Shown here: positions 9,849-21,538 of the stretch, one piece after another
Numbering within the stretch: the first letter of the stretch is position 1
How the letters are laid out: each line of letters opens with the position of its first letter
From: Sedimentisphaerales bacterium
GTDB taxonomy: Bacteria; Planctomycetota; Phycisphaerae; Sedimentisphaerales; Anaerobacaceae
Length of the DNA: 64,000 nucleotides
Assembly: GCA_963708075.1 (NCBI GenBank)
Contig: OY970194.1
Span: 4,192,001 to 4,256,000, forward strand
Reading direction: 5' to 3'
The notes under the pieces: generated by a model
What the model was told of the DNA's origin: nothing
The model's database searches: none
What the model saw: the letters and a program-made list of their open reading frames with translations, nothing else
Program-made: the position numbers and the translations under genes

Positions 9849-10766
9849 TCAGCTTGAGGGCGATGTGGTCCGCGCCTTTGGGCTGATATCGTGGGACTGC
9901 CTCGTCAGCGGCAGAATGCCCGCCATCTCTCCGATCACGTTCACGAGCTCCGTGCCGGACGGAATGACGATCTTGGCGTTCTCGCTCAGGGACTTTTCCA
10001 GAGCCTCGAGTTTTCGGAGCAGTTGCGCGTTCCCGACGAAGTACGTGTTTGCGGCCTCGTTGACCAGCCGGATCGCCTCGGCCTCGCCCTCGGCGGCGAG
10101 GATCTTGGCCTGCTTGATTCCTTCGGCCTTCTTGATCTCCGCCCTCTTCTCACCGTCCGCCTGCCGCTCCATCGCATTGGCGAAATCCAGGGCGGCAACC
10201 TTCTCGTTCTCCGCCTTGACGACCTTGTTCATCGTCTCCTGAACATCCTTTGGCGGGTCGATCTCTTTCAATTCTGTCCGCACGATCTCCATACCCCAGT
10301 TCTTGGTCTCCCGGCTCAGGGTCTCCAGCAGCGCAGTGTTGATCTTGTCCCGCTCGCTGTTCGCCGACTTCAGCGTGAGAGTGCCGATGATATTGCGCAG
10401 CGTCGTACGGGCGAGGTTGACGATCTGATACTGGTAGTTGTTGACATTGTACTGCGAGCTTTTGACGCTCTCTTCGTCGCTCTTGACCTTGAAGTAGACT
10501 TGGGCATCCACCCTCGCATTGAGGTTATCATTTGTGATGATCTCCTGCGGCTGGGCGTCCACCATCTGCTCCGTCGTATTGATCTGAATCATTCGATCGA
10601 CCCCGGGAATGATCCAGTGAAATCCCGGCTGGGCGAACCGATGGTACCTGCCGAACCGCTCGATCAGGCCCCGGTGCGTCGGACGAATGATCCGCACGCC
10701 CGAGAACGCGAAGAGGAACACAAAAGCCACAACGACGGACACCACGATCGGACCGATTGGACTCAT
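9849..10766 (-). CDS. SPFH/Band 7/stomatin family protein
   Basis: 'IERFGRY..PG.HWIIP', 'QEIITNDN', 'TTLRNIIG', 'EIDPP'. Confidence 0.9.
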   Translation of the reverse strand: MSPIGPIVVSVVVAFVFLFAFSGVRIIRPTHRGLIERFGRYHRFAQPGFHWIIPGVDRMIQINTTEQMVDAQPQEIITNDNLNARVDAQVYFKVKSDEESVKSSQYNVNNYQYQIVNLARTTLRNIIGTLTLKSANSERDKINTALLETLSRETKNWGMEIVRTELKEIDPPKDVQETMNKVVKAENEKVAALDFANAMERQADGEKRAEIKKAEGIKQAKILAAEGEAEAIRLVNEAANTYFVGNAQLLRKLEALEKSLSENAKIVIPSGTELVNVIGEMAGILPLTRQSHDISPKARTTSPSS

Positions 10767-10898
10767 AAGACTCCCTTTCACTCAGATCAGCCAAGCTCTC
10801 TTATCTTGCCGTGATGCCTTGCACAAAGCACAAGAGAACAAAGAGCAAGTCATCAAGAGGCGATTGTCCTGACACCTCTCTGTGGATGGCGGCACATG

Positions 10899-12236
10899 TT
10901 ATTTCTTCGGCTGGTCGCGGGAGGTTTTGGGGCGGGCCAGGAGACGGATGGGGACCTCGGCGATGGGCAGCAGATCCCGCAGGCGGCCGGTGACGAAGCG
11001 GCGGTAGTTCTCGTCGAACACCCCCGGGTCGTTCACGAACATCAGGAACGTCACCGGGTTGACGGCGATCTGCGTCACGTAGTAGATCCGCGGCCACCGC
11101 ATGCCTCGCTTCTGGGGGGTCGCCCGCTCGTTCCGGATGGCCTCGAACGCCTTGTTCAACCGGCCCGTGGTGATCCAGGTCGTCGCCTGCTTGTACAGCT
11201 CGGCCGACAGGTCCAGCACGCTCTGGACGTTCTTGCCCTCCGTGGCCGTCGTGAAGGCGATCGGCGCGTACCGGAGCATGGGCATGGTCTTCGTCAGGTA
11301 CTCCCCGTAATCGCTCGTGGCGGCCCGGCTCTTGGCCAGGTCCCACTTGTTGACCACGAGGATGCACGCCTTGAACTCCTCGGCGACCAGGTGCGCCAGC
11401 TTCTTATCGACCTCGGAGACCGGGGCCGTCGCGTCGATCAGGAGCCAGACCACGTCGGCCCTGCTGATGGACCGGATGGACCGGATGTAGCCGTAGAACT
11501 CGATGCTGTTGGCCATCTTTCCGCGTTTGCGGATGCCGGCGGTGTCGATGACGATGAGGGTCTTGCCGTCCTTCTCGATCCGCACGTCGATCGCGTCGCG
11601 CGTGGTGCCCGGGACCTCGCTGACGATCACCCGCTCGCTGCCGGCGATGGCGTTGACCATGCTGCTCTTGCCCGCGTTGCGTTTGCCGACAATGGCGATC
11701 TTCATGGCCGGCTCCGGCGGAGCCCCCATCTCCTCGACGCCTTCGAGCCGCTTGAAAATCTCGTCGAGCAGTTCCGTCTTGTTCACGTTGTTCTGCGCCG
11801 AGACACAGAGGAACTCGCCGAACCCGAGCCGGACGAATTCCCCGGCGGCGGGGAACATCCTGGCCGTATCGGCCTTGTTCGCCACGCCGATCACGTCGAG
11901 GTTGTGCTTGCGGAGCATCTCGGCGATCCGCTGGTCGAGCGGCGTCAGACCATCGCGGATATCGACCACGAAGAGCACCAGGTCGGCCAGCGCGATGGCC
12001 TGCATGATCTGCCTCTCGATGTGGTCGCTGAGCTGGTCGGCGTCGACGATGCCGTAGCCGCCCGTGTCGATGAGCTCGAAGTACCGGCTATCCCGGCCGA
12101 TGAACGTGCTGACGCGGTCCCGCGTAACGCCGGCCGTCGGCTCGACGATGCTGATCATCTCCCCGGCCAGTGCGTTCAACAGGCTGCTCTTGCCCACGTT
12201 GGGCCGACCAATGATCGTAACTACAGGCAATCCCAT
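10899..12236 (-). CDS. der: Ribosome biogenesis GTPase Der (EngA)
   Basis: Two G domains (GRPNVGKS/DTGG/NKAD and GKRNAGKS/DTAG/NKWD) plus a KH-like C-terminus. Confidence 0.97.
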   Translation of the reverse strand: MGLPVVTIIGRPNVGKSSLLNALAGEMISIVEPTAGVTRDRVSTFIGRDSRYFELIDTGGYGIVDADQLSDHIERQIMQAIALADLVLFVVDIRDGLTPLDQRIAEMLRKHNLDVIGVANKADTARMFPAAGEFVRLGFGEFLCVSAQNNVNKTELLDEIFKRLEGVEEMGAPPEPAMKIAIVGKRNAGKSSMVNAIAGSERVIVSEVPGTTRDAIDVRIEKDGKTLIVIDTAGIRKRGKMANSIEFYGYIRSIRSISRADVVWLLIDATAPVSEVDKKLAHLVAEEFKACILVVNKWDLAKSRAATSDYGEYLTKTMPMLRYAPIAFTTATEGKNVQSVLDLSAELYKQATTWITTGRLNKAFEAIRNERATPQKRGMRWPRIYYVTQIAVNPVTFLMFVNDPGVFDENYRRFVTGRLRDLLPIAEVPIRLLARPKTSRDQPKK

Positions 12237-12517
12237 CTTCGTCGATCCTATCTATCCTATGTTTTGCGCGATCCGCCGGAGAATGCGGCCAAGCAGGCGC
12301 ATTGTACTACAATCGAGGCGAATCGCAAAGCTTCACTTCGCCCGGCGATGTTGTGCCACTTGAATGATCCCCGAGTTCCGCATAGAGTAGAGGGACGGTT
12401 CCGTCGGGAATGAACGGGAATGGGCATTGAATCGTATAAAATGAAAGTCAGTAGCGCAGTCGGGTGTGAGATTTCGGCCCCGGCGGCGGATGTTGTCAAT
12501 CTGCAGAGGGGTTTCCC

Positions 12518-13904
12518 ATGAGACATTTGTTCCGCAGGCTGGTCATTGCGCTCGTTCTGGTGGCGGCCGTGGGCGGCTCGGCCGCGTGGTACATCCGCCG
12601 CGATAACGCCGAGGCGGTCTCATTCCGCACGGCCACGGTTACCCGCGGCGACCTGGTGGTGACCATCGGGGCTACCGGCACAGTAGAGCCGGAGGAGGTC
12701 ATCGACGTCGGCGCTCAAGTCGCCGGGCAGATCATCTCGTTCGGCAAGGACGCCAACGGCGACACCGTGGATTATACCTCGCCTGTCGAGCCCAACATGG
12801 TGCTGGCCCAGATCGACGATACCCTCTATCGTGCTCAGGCCGCCGAGGCAGCCGCCCAGGTCCAGCAGGCGCAAGCCGCCGTGCAGACGGCGCAGGCCAA
12901 CTTCAAGCAGAACCAGGCCAAGCTCTACCAGGCCCAGCGCGACTGGGATCGGGCGCAGAAGCTCGGGCCGGCATCGGAAGCCCTGGCGCAGACCACGTAT
13001 GATAGTTACCGGTCGGCCTTCGAGATCGCCCAGGCGAATATCGCCGTCAGCCAGGCCGACATCGCCCAGGCCCAGGCGTCGCTTGCCCAATCCCAGGCGG
13101 TCCAGCAGCGCGCCCAGCGCAACCTGGACTATTGCACGATCAAGTCTCCGGTCAAGGGCGTGATCATCGATCGCCGGGTCAACGCGGGTCAAACAGTGGT
13201 CGCGAGCCTCAACGCCCCGAGCCTGTTTCTGCTGGCCAAGGACCTGACGCACATGCGAGTGTGGGTAGCCGTCAATGAGGCGGATATCGGCAAGATCAAA
13301 TCGGGCCAGCCGGTGAGTTTCACTGTTGATGCGTTCCCGGGCGAAACCTTCAAGGGCGAGGTGGCCAAGGTCCGGTTCAACGCCTCCATGACGCAGAATG
13401 TCGTCACGTATACCACGGAAATCACCACGGACAACTCCAGCGGCCGGCTGCTGCCCTACCTGACGGCGAACGTGAAGTTCGAGCTCAACCGGTTCAACAG
13501 TGTTCTGATGGTACCGAACGCGGCGTTGCGCTGGACGCCGTCGGCCGAGCAGATCGACCCGGGTGTCCGCGATTCGTTCAAAGCGCGGCTGGCGGACTCC
13601 AAACGCCCCGGCGCCAATCCGCCATCGCGAGGTCCGCAATCCCCGTCGGCTTCCGAGAACCGGCTCCAGCCGGGGCACCCTCTGGGCCGTAGAAGGCAAA
13701 TACGTCAGGCCCATCCCCGTGCGGGTAGGCCCGAGCGATAACCTGATGACGGAGGTACAGGGGGACGGCGTCGTGGAAGGCTTGCAGATCGTCACGGGCG
13801 TGCAGGCGCAGGCTGCCGCTCAAAGCACGGACACCACCAACCCGTTCGCCCCGCGATTCCCGCGAAGACCGAGCGGCGGCGCCGGCGGCCCGCCACCACG
13901 CTGA
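12518..13904 (+). CDS. MacA-like efflux periplasmic adaptor; apparent frameshift near 13650
   Basis: 'VGAQVAGQI', coiled coil, 'SPVKGVII.R.V..GQTV.ASLNAPSLF'. The C-terminus continues in ORF 13563-13904. Confidence 0.85.
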
Positions 13905-13933
13905 CAGCCGGCCTTGAGGGAGCAGACGCAGCC

Positions 13934-14658
13934 ATGGAATTCATTGAACTGCATGATATCCACAAGACCTATTACATCGGCGACATTGATGTGCCGGTGC
14001 TCAAGGGCGTTTCGCTGACCGTCTCGCGCGGCGAGATGGTCGCGCTGATGGGCGCATCCGGGTCGGGCAAGAGCACCCTGATGAACATCCTGGGCTGCCT
14101 GGACCGGCCGACCTCCGGCGAGTACTGGCTTGAAGGCGAGGACGTATCGCGGCTGTCCTCCGATCAGCGGGCCATGGTCCGCAATCGCAAGCTCGGGTTC
14201 GTCTTCCAGAACTTCAACCTGCTGCCGCGGACCAGCGCCCTGGAGAACGTGGCGATGCCGCTGACCTACACGTCCGATCTGTCCGACCGCCAGGCTCGGC
14301 ATCGTGCCCGGGAGGTGCTGGTGCGGGTCGGGCTGGCCGACCGGCTCGACCACGAGCCATCGCAGCTTTCCGGCGGCCAGCAGCAGCGCGTGGCGATCGC
14401 CCGTGCACTGGTGAACCACCCCCCGCTGCTGTTCGCCGATGAGCCCACGGGCAACCTCGATTCGCACACCAGCGAGGAAATCCTCCGCATGTTCGTCGAA
14501 CTCAACGACGCTGACGGCATTACCATCATCATGGTCACGCACGACGCGGATGTGGCCAGGCACGCCCGGCGGATCATTCACATCCACGACGGCGTGATCG
14601 TCGACGGCCCCGGCGAGCCGGACGCGCACCCTGCGGCCGCCGGGACGGGAGATACAAC

Positions 14659-14662
<4 letters not shown>
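13934..14662 (+). CDS. ABC transporter ATP-binding protein (MacB/LolD type)
   Basis: Walker [32 protein letters not shown]. Confidence 0.95.
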
Positions 14663-16027
<1,365 letters not shown>

Positions 16028-16068
16028 GGCTGATGGCAAATGGCTTTCTCGCAACCGGTCATGAGCCC

Positions 16069-16101
16069 GGGTGGCAGCGGCAAGCGCAGCTTGCCGATGG
16101 C
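16069..16101 (+). repeat. REP-like palindrome, GGGTGGCAGCG family, copy 1
   Basis: GGGTGGCAGCGGCAAGCGCAGCTTGCCGATGGC; near-identical copies at 17664 and 36275/36331. Confidence 0.8.
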
Positions 16102-16149
16102 GGACAGTCAGACGCGTTAGTGCCGGACATCAGGCAAGGGGAGTTGATC

Positions 16150-17607
16150 ATGCACGAACCGTTGCGGTGTGATGGAAGCGTGAGCCGGGTCGCCTGGCCT
16201 GCGCTTCAATCCTTATATGTGTACACATCCTGTCTTGTATTGCTGGCCGGCTGCAAGGTGGGCCCGAACTTCAAGCCGCCGCAGACGCCGGTCCCGCAGG
16301 AGTGGACCGGTCCCCTGCCGCCGTCGCCTGCCGAGGCCGGGCAGGACCTCGCGTCGTGGTGGACGCAATTCGACGACCCGACGCTGACCTCACTCGTGGA
16401 TAGCGCCATCGAATCCAATCTGGACCTGCAACTGGCGCAAGTGCGGATTCGCCAGGCGCGTGCCGCTCGCGGGGTTGCCGCCTCCGGCCTGGGTCCGAGC
16501 GTCAATGCGACCGGCTCCTTCCGTCGCGGCCAGTCGCCCGGATTGGCCGGGGCCAATACCTTCGGGCCGACGACGAACCTGTACCAGGCCGGCTTCGATG
16601 CGGCCTGGGAACTGGACGTTTTCGGTGGCGTGCGGCGCAGCGTCGAGGCTGCCAACGCCGATCTCCAGGCCTTCGTCGAGGCCCGGCGAAACACCTTAGT
16701 GACGCTCACGGCCGAGGTGGCCCTCAACTACATGGACCTGCGCTCCCTGCAACAGGAGATCACCATCGCCCAGGAGAACCTCAAAGCCCAGCAACACAGC
16801 GCCGACCTGACCCGCCAGCGATTCGAGGGCGGGTTCGTCAGCGGCCTCGACGTCGCCAACGCACGGGCCCAGGTGGCGACCACGGCCGCTCAGATCCCCG
16901 TCCTGGAGACCTCCGCCCGGCAGACGATTTACAGCCTCAGCGTCCTGTTAGGCCGCGAGCCCGGGGCCCTACTGGCGGACTTGTCGGCCGCAGCGCCCAT
17001 CCCCGCGACACCGCCGGCTGTCCCCGTGGGCGTCCCTTCCGAGCTGCTCCGCCGTCGCCCGGACATCCGCCAGGCCGAGGCCCAGATTCACGGCGCCACC
17101 GCCCGCATCGGCGTGGCCGTCGCGGACCTCTTCCCGCGATTGTCCCTGTCGGCCGCGATCGGCAGAGAAGGAAACAAGTTCAGCTCGCTAAGCGATGCGG
17201 TCAACCGCTTCTGGTCGTTTGGCCCCTCAGCGAGCTGGAACATTTTCGCCACCGGCCGCAACCTCTCCAACATCGAGCTGCAAAGGGCCCTGGAGGAAGA
17301 ATCGCTGATCACATATCGACAGATCGTCCTGGCCGCTCTGCAGGAAGTGGAAAACGCGTTGATCGCCTCCGCCAAAGAACAGGAGCATCGCACGGCCCTG
17401 ATCGACGCGGTCACCGCCAATCGACGAGCCGTGCAACTGGCCACCGAGCTCTACACGCAGGGCCAGACCGACTTCCTCAACGTCTTGAATGCTCAGCGCT
17501 CCCTCTACATCTCCGAGGATGCCCTCGCCCAGAGCACCCGCACAGTCTCGACGAACCTCGTCGCCCTCTACAAAGCCCTCGGCGGCGGCTGGCAACCGGA
17601 AGAATAG
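16150..17607 (+). CDS. TolC/NodT-family outer-membrane efflux lipoprotein
   Basis: Lipobox LAG-C, 'WWTQFDDPTL', 'WELDVFG', 'LLRRRPDIRQAE', 'LYKALGGGW'. Confidence 0.93.
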   Translation: MHEPLRCDGSVSRVAWPALQSLYVYTSCLVLLAGCKVGPNFKPPQTPVPQEWTGPLPPSPAEAGQDLASWWTQFDDPTLTSLVDSAIESNLDLQLAQVRIRQARAARGVAASGLGPSVNATGSFRRGQSPGLAGANTFGPTTNLYQAGFDAAWELDVFGGVRRSVEAANADLQAFVEARRNTLVTLTAEVALNYMDLRSLQQEITIAQENLKAQQHSADLTRQRFEGGFVSGLDVANARAQVATTAAQIPVLETSARQTIYSLSVLLGREPGALLADLSAAAPIPATPPAVPVGVPSELLRRRPDIRQAEAQIHGATARIGVAVADLFPRLSLSAAIGREGNKFSSLSDAVNRFWSFGPSASWNIFATGRNLSNIELQRALEEESLITYRQIVLAALQEVENALIASAKEQEHRTALIDAVTANRRAVQLATELYTQGQTDFLNVLNAQRSLYISEDALAQSTRTVSTNLVALYKALGGGWQPEE

Positions 17608-17663
17608 CAGGTCCCCCGAGCGGGCGCATAACAGGATTGTGACAGAGCAGGTATCGAGTTCCA

Positions 17664-17696
17664 GGGTGGCAGCGTCAAGCGCAGCTTGGCGATGGC
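17664..17696 (+). repeat. REP-like palindrome, GGGTGGCAGCG family, copy 2
   Basis: GGGTGGCAGCGTCAAGCGCAGCTTGGCGATGGC. Confidence 0.8.
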
Positions 17697-17773
17697 CTGG
17701 TTGGGATGCCTTGCTTGATGAACGAGCAGCGATCCCTCTGACAAGTGGGAACTGACCACGGAGAACTGTCCAC

Positions 17774-18271
17774 TCACCTGGGTGTCACGCGAATCTTGAT
17801 CATCGCCACCAGGAGGGACTTCTTGCCCGCCGGCAGATTGTCGAGCCGGGCGTTCTTGACCTCGGCGCACAGCGTGGCCATGCCGAACGGGGGGCTGATG
17901 TCGGGGGGATCGACGGAGCAGGAGTACTCCCCCGGCACGACGCCTGTCGGCTCGATGGAGCAGGTCACCGTCAGATCGAACGTGCACATCACGATCAGGG
18001 GGCTGCAACCCCTGTAAGTCCCCTCGTCCACCCGCTCCAGCCTGACCGCCGAAGCCCCGAGGAGAAACTTGTAGACTCCCACGACGTCCATGACGACAGG
18101 TATTTCCAGGTCCGGGATCGTCTGTTCGACGAAGACGCACGGCCAGTCATGCGTCTTGATCTCCCCCGCGCTGCAGGCCATCGCCACAGCCATCATCACG
18201 GCCAGGACAGCTCCCGCCGTCGCAGCGTGACACGCCGTGATCGAAGTCCCTCGCTCGGAATGTCCCTTCAT
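17774..18271 (-). CDS. Small secreted Cys-containing hypothetical protein
   Basis: Signal-peptide-like N-terminus, beta-rich mature part, consensus promoter upstream. Confidence 0.65.
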   Translation of the reverse strand: MKGHSERGTSITACHAATAGAVLAVMMAVAMACSAGEIKTHDWPCVFVEQTIPDLEIPVVMDVVGVYKFLLGASAVRLERVDEGTYRGCSPLIVMCTFDLTVTCSIEPTGVVPGEYSCSVDPPDISPPFGMATLCAEVKNARLDNLPAGKKSLLVAMIKIRVTPR

Positions 18272-18372
18272 CACCCTGCCCTCTATCCCGCCAAACCCGC
18301 CTGCCCACGGCTCCTTCCCGAAATCCGCCCGACATGCCGCTCCTCCCATGAGGACATATCCAACCAAGAATA

Positions 18373-18401
18373 ATTGTAGCCCCCCCCACCCCCCTTGTCA
18401 A
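18373..18401 (-). promoter_or_regulatory. Sigma-70 promoter
   Basis: Minus strand TTGACA (18401-18396), 17-nt spacer, TACAAT (18378-18373). Confidence 0.7.
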
Positions 18402-18419
18402 TGGCAGTCCAAATCTTCT

Positions 18420-18733
18420 TGGCCACAGAGAGCCTGCCCTCGCGAAGGCGGGGGTCACAGAGCACACAGAGAAAATGGAACCGTTGATGAACGCTGATGA
18501 ACGCAGATTTTCAACCGTGAACCGGCAACTGCAAACAGGGATCGGTGATCAGGGCTCAGAACCAATCGGTCCTGCTGCCCCCTGGCCCCTGACCCCTGAC
18601 ACCTCCCTCTTTGAACCGCGGGGGACGCAGAGCCACGCGGAGGAAATGAACTGTGCACGGCGTCGGCGAGAGCCGGTAGCGTGGACTCCGCCCACCGCCT
18701 TGTCTCGAAAACTGGGGTCCGTCCCTAGTATCC
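18420..18733. repeat. Composite intergenic repeat cluster
   Basis: CACAGAG-type and GATGAACGCTGATGAACGCAGAT 9-10-bp periodic motifs, CCCCTGA heptads and a GTAG-type palindrome; segments recur at 22286, 23120 and 26990. Confidence 0.75.
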
Positions 18734-18892
18734 CAGTCGTCGAACTGGTGCAGAAAACGAGTCAATTCCGGTTTGATCTGCATGATCGTATTGGCGTCCA
18801 TACCGATGACCTCCCAACGGAACTTCCGTTCCTATCGGATCATCGGATGGCTGCTTAGATTTTCTTGAGCTTTCGTAGCGTTATAGTACTAG
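18734..18892 (-). mobile_element. Truncated IS701-like left end (about 22 transposase codons)
   Basis: Minus strand begins CTAGTACTATAACGCTAC. ORF 'MDANTIMQIKPELTRFLHQFDD' (ATG 18801) resembles IS701 transposase N-termini and stops resembling one at the repeat boundary. Confidence 0.6.
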
Positions 18893-18895
18893 TTT

Positions 18896-21538
18896 CTACC
18901 GCTCTTGGTGCTCTTCGTTTGGCGTTTCGGGAGTCCCATCCGAGTCTCCGTCCATGACATGATCAAGGTTAACCCCGAAGTAGGCCGCATACTGACTACT
19001 TGGTACATCATCGGGAGTGTCTTCCGCACGATTCTCCTGAAGACGTCGTTCTATGTACTCCCTATCGGCACGGAACTTCTCTTGAATGAGAGGCATGAAT
19101 TGACAACCCAGGCCTCCTCGCACGGGCGCAAGATTATATGCATCGAACTCCCTCTTCTCTTCATCTGCCAGGTAATCCAGGAATCGCTGTGTACGAGAAA
19201 ACCGAACCTGCATTCGCTGGTATTTCTCATGCTCGCGATCAGCCAAGTTGTTTACTTCGTAGACAGACTGGCGTAGCGCGCGTTCGAGGGACGCATCGTT
19301 CAATGGAGTATCCTGGAGAACAAGATCCAGGTATGCAAAGATCCGGCTCAGATGTGTCATGTAATACCAACCCGACGCGGTAACGCGCACATGACTTGCT
19401 CCGGCGACAGTAACAGTCGAGCGAGTGTTCACTTCGATCAGTTGCTTGTTGACAAGCCGATCCAGCGTGTTTGTCACATCACACACATTATCAAATACGT
19501 CAGCAAAGGCACCCACGCACCTCGAGAGTTCTACGTAACCCTGTCCCTCCGGATTTGACTCACTCCTGCGCTCGAGCAACGTGGCTAGTATCCGCATCGC
19601 GGTGAAATGACTGGAGTTCTTTTCGGCCGTACAATTGAACAGATTCAAGATAGGGCTCTGCTCCTCCTTGTAGTACGCCCTATCCTGCAACATTATCGAC
19701 TTCAAAAACTCGTGAAAGGCGACGCAGTAAGTGCCATCTCGACGGTAGATCAGGAGCATCTTGTCCACGTCAGTTGCTCCTGATGTGAGGAATGTCGCGA
19801 ACATTTGGAGAGCAAGTCTCATGTTGCCGAAGCATAAGCATTCAACAAGCAGTGATATTCTCCGACTCCATTTGAATATGCTGGTCTGGACAATCCGAAA
19901 GAATTCACACACATCACGAGCATCGAAGCTATGGTCCTGCAGGACAGTCCGCATCAACCTGCTCTCTTGGGTCCCAATTGCACGTATTGCATATTCGATC
20001 CGGTTCTCGATCATTGGACGAAACCGAGGGGAGGCTATGTGAAACTTGTGGCTTGTATAGGCACTGAACGCCCTCTGGATGGTTGGTGCGTAGTATGACT
20101 CCTCCCGCAATGCAATTATCGTTACGCAGCCTGCCACTCTGGCAATCCGTTGAGCCAATAGAAATATCTGGGCCTGGTACTCGGGATCAAGCTGGTCTAC
20201 ATTGTCTGCAAAGAGGACAACGGACTTCCCCTTCACGACACTCGCATACTTCAGGAGTTTGGGTACGTAGTCCGAGAGATCCTCTTGCCACTGTAACAAG
20301 TATGTGCTGATAGCATCTTCGTATTCTTCCGTGTGATTGCGGATACCCCTCAGTGCAGTTCGCTCAAGATTCGTTAGCTTGTCCTTGAAGATCTTCTTGA
20401 GGTAGCGACGTTCTTCTATGCCGTCGCTGCTGTAATTGGCCCTCACTATGTCGAGTACATGAGACCATACAAATGACTCCAGCATGACCGGATCAAGTGG
20501 AGCGTTCAGAAAGTCTACATGAAAGGTATAGCTTTTCCGGTCAAGTAGCTCTTTGGCCAGTAGGTTTTCGTACCGCCTCAAGAATGTAGTTTTTCCTGAA
20601 CCTACACCGCCCAAGAGTAAGTACAACTCACCTCTCCTGTCCCGAATAGCATTTTCCAACTGCTCGCCGAATTTGCCCACGTCATCGGCCGTCTGGCTTA
20701 TGGCTACAGCGCCCTCGTCGAGCAAAGGTTGTGGAATTGCATCGGTGATTACAACGTTCAAGTCCTCCGCGACTACCCGAAGGCTCTGGTTGTGTACATA
20801 ACACGATTGGAGAAGGTCAGGGTCCCCTTGGGCCGCTATGTCCTCGAAGAAGTACTTCGTTATGGGTTGAAGCTGCCCATTCAGTCTGTTCCTGCGCAGC
20901 GGCAGGTCGGCATTGAAGAGGCGAGTAACTACGCGCGCGAGGCTTCTCGAACTAGGTAATCCGCGACCAAATGCGTCCTCAAGAGAACCTTTGCATATCG
21001 CCGAATAGGAGAGGAGGTTCCAAAACTCAACGAAATGATCGCGAATATACTCCATGGAAGGGAACACACGAGCACGCCCTTCGCGCCATGGGATATCATC
21101 TCGAATGGCTCGGAATACCAGCCATGTGTACCCATTCGTTGCCACAGCGTATCTTATCGCTCCATCATCGCAGTATTGGCGAACCTGATAGATTGCCTTT
21201 TTAACTTCGGGGTCCGTGACTAGCACACCATTCAATTTTAGAGACCGCCCCGAGACGTTGAGCGGCAAGACAAATGAAGTCCCCTCCCGTTTTGCCTCAA
21301 CAGCTATAGTAGACACACCGCGGATACGTAATTGGTAATCGGTGTGTCCCGATTCGACGGCATCCTCTCTACTGATTGCCTCTTCTGGCCACTGGCAGAC
21401 CTCCTTCAGTACTCTATCTATGCATTTGACTCTCGTGTCAGTTTCGCTAGCTGCGCCTCTCCTCTGGAGAAATGACCTAAAGTCAGAAATAATGCCTTCA
21501 AGCAACTTGAGCGATTCGTCCACCGAATGATGCACCAT
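18896..21538 (-). CDS. HsdR_N-like PD-(D/E)xK nuclease fused to a P-loop ATPase; putative defence protein (about 880 aa)
   Basis: 'ETDTRVKCIDRVL..W', 'TDY', 'VEAKR', 'QVRQY', 'ATNG..W', Walker A GGVGSGKTT, Walker B VLFADNVDQ. Visibly lower GC than the flanks. Confidence 0.75.
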   Translation of the reverse strand: MVHHSVDESLKLLEGIISDFRSFLQRRGAASETDTRVKCIDRVLKEVCQWPEEAISREDAVESGHTDYQLRIRGVSTIAVEAKREGTSFVLPLNVSGRSLKLNGVLVTDPEVKKAIYQVRQYCDDGAIRYAVATNGYTWLVFRAIRDDIPWREGRARVFPSMEYIRDHFVEFWNLLSYSAICKGSLEDAFGRGLPSSRSLARVVTRLFNADLPLRRNRLNGQLQPITKYFFEDIAAQGDPDLLQSCYVHNQSLRVVAEDLNVVITDAIPQPLLDEGAVAISQTADDVGKFGEQLENAIRDRRGELYLLLGGVGSGKTTFLRRYENLLAKELLDRKSYTFHVDFLNAPLDPVMLESFVWSHVLDIVRANYSSDGIEERRYLKKIFKDKLTNLERTALRGIRNHTEEYEDAISTYLLQWQEDLSDYVPKLLKYASVVKGKSVVLFADNVDQLDPEYQAQIFLLAQRIARVAGCVTIIALREESYYAPTIQRAFSAYTSHKFHIASPRFRPMIENRIEYAIRAIGTQESRLMRTVLQDHSFDARDVCEFFRIVQTSIFKWSRRISLLVECLCFGNMRLALQMFATFLTSGATDVDKMLLIYRRDGTYCVAFHEFLKSIMLQDRAYYKEEQSPILNLFNCTAEKNSSHFTAMRILATLLERRSESNPEGQGYVELSRCVGAFADVFDNVCDVTNTLDRLVNKQLIEVNTRSTVTVAGASHVRVTASGWYYMTHLSRIFAYLDLVLQDTPLNDASLERALRQSVYEVNNLADREHEKYQRMQVRFSRTQRFLDYLADEEKREFDAYNLAPVRGGLGCQFMPLIQEKFRADREYIERRLQENRAEDTPDDVPSSQYAAYFGVNLDHVMDGDSDGTPETPNEEHQER

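Noticed and set aside
18725..18892. CTAG...CTAG as a target-site duplication of a mini-IS701
   Set aside because: No matching second IS end is present, and the CTAG at 18725 lies inside the flanking direct repeat.
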